DNA of 64,000 nucleotides, from assembly GCA_030390025.1 (NCBI GenBank), contig CM059436.1, forward strand, positions 71,300,001 to 71,364,000. The letters run 5' to 3'. Shown in pieces: positions 62,289 to 64,000 of the stretch (position 1 is its first letter; each line of letters begins with the position of its first letter). Origin of the DNA: Squalus acanthias (lineage: Eukaryota). The translations under genes and the position numbers were made by a program. The notes under the pieces were generated by a model. The model had not been told where the DNA came from. It saw only the letters and a list, made by a program, of their open reading frames with translations, and made no database searches.

Positions 62289-64000
62289 GTGGATAGTTCT
62301 TGTAGTTTTGGTTTCCTGACTTCAGATTAACATTGGGTGCACTCCACAGTGCCTTGGTCTGCTGACAGCCACCTGTTCAATACTCTAAAATGGCATATTT
62401 TTTCCATTCATCCCCCAACAGAGAAAACGAACCCTTTCAGTTCAAAACGTAGAGCCACGCAATAAAACCTGGTAACAAGGCATGATTTGTTGCTGCATGT
62501 CAGCACAGTGTAAATCAGACTTCATATACTTACAGCACTGAAATTTTGCTGGGTATCGAAATTCAATAGCCATTAAAACTAACTGTATCTAATTAATTGT
62601 CTAAATATTTTAGATGGATGTTTGTAGTGGGAAATTCTACTCTCTTTGATGTGAAAAAGCAGAAAATAGTCAGAACCAGTTCACAATGTTCTGCGGGTTG
62701 CCAGTTAGCAGATAACAGTATTTGTTCTTTCAATAAGTGTCAGAGATTAATATTTTACAGCTTTGATTACAACCATAATCCATTTTAGTGATTAAATTGG
62801 ACTTCAATGTTGACATCACCTGCATTAACAAACCCTGTTCACTTAGAGAGGGGGGGAGGAAGCCTATGGGAGAGATTTGTGATATTATTAAACCCCATTA
62901 CAGAAAATGTAATTTCTGTCACTATAATCCCTGTATTGTTCAATTTCAGTACCAGAGAGATAACTAGCTACTTACAATATATTTGCCTTTGGAGGTTTAA
63001 TTTACAAAGTGCACTATCTGGCAGACACAGGCAGACTAACATGAGTGAAGCATGTAAGGGTTATCAATTTCCGTGACCTAACAGCAACCCTGTGCAATCG
63101 ATTTCTGTAGCTGTGGGGGGCAGGGGATAATGGGATAGCACTTTCGCAAACAACCTATGGGGAAGCAGTGCCCATGGTGCTTTGCAGGCCATTGCAGTTT
63201 GAGTGCACATATCATCCTAACGGAACACTTCCTTCTGGCCACAGGTTTGGAACTCTAAGCTAGTGGGGGCGTAACAGACTGAATTCTAATAAATGCATCT
63301 GGCTATCAATATTACTGTTACAACTTACATTATACCTTGAATCATCCACAGAGGCATTGAAAAGAGTCAAGTGATGTAGCTCCTTTCTATGAAATCTAAC
63401 CATATATTTATGCCCTTGAGTGTTAAGCAAGGCATCAATATATTGGTGATATTTAAAAGGAAGGCACTACATCACTTTTAAGCTCTACATTGGACCTGGA
63501 CATATATATGGATAGTTAGATTAAAAAGTGTTTAATCAAACTGCCGATTTACTGTTACATTACACGGGGAGGTATTTTATTGCTGTTTCATTACACTTTA
63601 AATATATATGATTGGCATATTTATAATAGGTTATAAATAACTTGTTTTTCTTTTCTGCTTTATGAGAACCTGTTGGGCTTGTGAGAGGCTCCAGGTTTCT
63701 GTTGACTTTTGAAGTGGTTGTCTGGTCAGATTATTCTCTCGCTATTGATAATTCTTACAAAACTGGTTAACAACCTGCCAATTGTTGGAGGGCATCTTTC
63801 AAGGGTACAATCAATCGGCTCTGACCATCCAGAACTTGAGTTTGAAAGTACAGCTTTCAGCCAATGCAAGTGTTATATTTTGAAGCCATGCGCTAGAATG
63901 TTTAATTGGAGCCTTCTTCAGAGTTTTTCTGGTGCAGCAACATAAATAAAAGTCGTTTATGGGAAAGAAGTGAATGCTTGAAATAAATGTCGGTACATTG

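Noticed and set aside
56838-64000. Next MEIS exon (expected to begin (W)FINARRRIVQP)
   Set aside because: Not found by eye; it presumably lies beyond the window. The preceding exon was likewise not found in 1-16786.

Overview
Eukaryotic, repeat-rich intronic DNA, almost certainly from a cartilaginous fish (inferred from abundant DeuSINE/SacSINE1-like SINEs and shark-type CR1 and L2 LINE 3' ends). The only host coding sequence I can support is two + strand exons of a MEIS-class TALE homeobox gene, most likely MEIS1: 16787-16932 (146 nt, (G)[13 protein letters not shown]...RAWLFQHLT) and 56761-56837 (77 nt, [25 protein letters not shown](W)), separated by a 39,828-nt GT-AG intron. Neither exon is in the ORF track, whose entries are retroelement remnants or chance ORFs. 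The rest is truncated CR1 and L2 LINEs, at least two SINE families, TIR-bounded GC-rich non-autonomous DNA elements (some probably Harbinger-derived), and repeat-free stretches that look like conserved non-coding enhancers. I see no evidence of a wholly new biological system. Most notable are: a ~320-nt-arm fold-back at 8658-10324 with a 64/66-nt core; an intron-retaining tRNA-Arg(TCT)-derived element with a CR1 tail; three nested insertion stacks; a multi-hairpin MITE in two copies; an RFX/TALE motif cluster; and phased TAATTA sites before the second exon. Repeat boundaries are by eye (about +/-20 nt) and family names are from recall, not a database search.
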